This document shows, in pieces, positions 62,715 through 64,000 of a stretch of DNA of 64,000 bases. The notes beneath the pieces are model-generated. The model saw only the letters and a list, made by a program, of their open reading frames with translations. It was not told the DNA's origin and did not search any database. The position numbers and the translations under genes were made by a program. The first letter of the stretch is position 1, and the number at the start of each line of letters is the position of its first letter. Source of the DNA: Hydrolagus affinis (Eukaryota). The DNA lies in assembly GCA_012026655.1 (NCBI GenBank), contig JAAILG010001121.1:1-64000 (forward strand). The letters run 5' to 3'.

Positions 62715-64000
62715 CTGAAATGCATATGTGGAAATTACAGGTGTTAAAACAATGCATCAGAAGCAATAACAACAACTTGCAATCATATAATTCTGTTACA
62801 TTTGTGTGTGGGTATCCTTGAGTAACCAGGAGAATATTTAACATCTCCACTTCCTCAACTTAGATTGGTATAAATGTATACAGTACTGTATATATATTTA
62901 TATATATATATGGAACCAAGCGTATTCCTAACCTCGCCAGATATCTACACGGGATAGTGCCTTCAGGAGAGTGTGCAGGATTGGACAGGTGGAAAATAAT
63001 CTTAAGTATCACGTGGGAGAAAGAAGAAATGATAATTTGCTAATGTTCGCTTTAACAGGAATGACTGGATTAAGTGAAAACATTGTTTTCCCCACCCTAA
63101 TTGAGTAAGAAGCACTTCTAAATTACACTACAAGTTGCTACAGGGAAAAAGTAGAGAGCAAAGATAGTTGGTGCAAAACACCAGCAGGGATATTTTATAT
63201 TCATGGATTGAAATAAATAGCCCCAATACAAACAGTCGCACTTGTCGGAAATACATCAACTACTCGTGTGTCTGACCCTTAATCCAAGGTTTCTAAATTG
63301 CAGTTAATCTCTGTTTTTTGTTCACATACTAAAAACAACAGAGGGCCTTGTATTTCTCTTTATTATAGACAACCAGAGTATTATCGGACTACGATAGTGC
63401 TATGATTCCAACTAACCCAACTTTCTGCTCTGGTCTGAGCTTTAAGAGAACAAATCCTTTGGAAACAAAGATGTAAACTTGTCATTATTTTATTTTTGGA
63501 AAATATGGCATGCAAGATGAATTTTTTGCACACTTGGTGGAGCAGGATTGCACTCTTAAACCGTGTACACTGCAGCTGAAAACCATAATTAGGTTCGAAA
63601 TTCCCAGCTGTTTTGTAGCAAATGCGCATGGATTAAAGGGTTTGGTGAGAGCGCAATCTTACTTTAAATACTTCTACCTTTGGGAAGCAGATTCACTGAG
63701 AGATGAGCCTGGTATTTGCACAAAGCTAGTATAAAATGATCTCTGTAACAACTGGCCGTTTTTTTTTGGAAAAAAAAACAGCTCAGCACATGGGAAAGAT
63801 GGCTAATTTGAAGTCTTCATCTGCTTAAATGGAAAGTGGGCTATAAGCAGGCATAAACATTCCAGCTGGTTCAGTATGGACTATTATTTCAAAGAGAGTG
63901 ATTTCAAAAAAAAATTGCTGAATCCACCCACTTAATAATAACAGTAATAATCCTTGCATTTGATATAGCGCCTTTCACGCCTTCCAGACGTCTCAAAGCG

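Noticed and set aside
1-64000. CRISPR arrays, rRNA, operons or other prokaryotic systems
   Set aside because: Recurring motifs are dispersed SINE/LINE tails, not regularly spaced repeats; the genes are spliced vertebrate genes.

Overview
Vertebrate genomic DNA (AT-rich, spliced genes), not prokaryotic. It holds the 3' end of ATL1 (atlastin-1, + strand, last 4 coding exons including a 15-nt GSTNE microexon), the complete SAV1 (Salvador/WW45, - strand, 5 exons, 389 aa, CpG-island promoter) and most of NIN (ninein, - strand, 28 exons read by hand in continuous frame; the ATG exon lies beyond the right edge). The ATL1-SAV1-NIN order matches human 14q22. Compact introns and the repeat set (tRNA-headed SINEs with (ATT)n tails, Deu-domain SINEs, L2 tails, Penelope-type palindromes) suggest a cartilaginous fish, probably a chimaera; this is inference. 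Most notable: (1) a layer of NIN alternative splicing outside the main frame: an alternative last exon with a duplicated poly(A) cassette, a putative neuronal stop exon, two candidate microexons and a UGCAUG cluster after the giant exon, and a GC-AG intron; (2) seven 38-aa repeats inside the skippable giant exon; (3) a Penelope-type minimal hammerhead core between the NIN 3' end and the SAV1 promoter; (4) stacked Tc1/mariner-type excision footprints; (5) inverted young SINE pairs around in-frame exon pairs. Exon numbers follow human numbering as recalled; no database searches were run.
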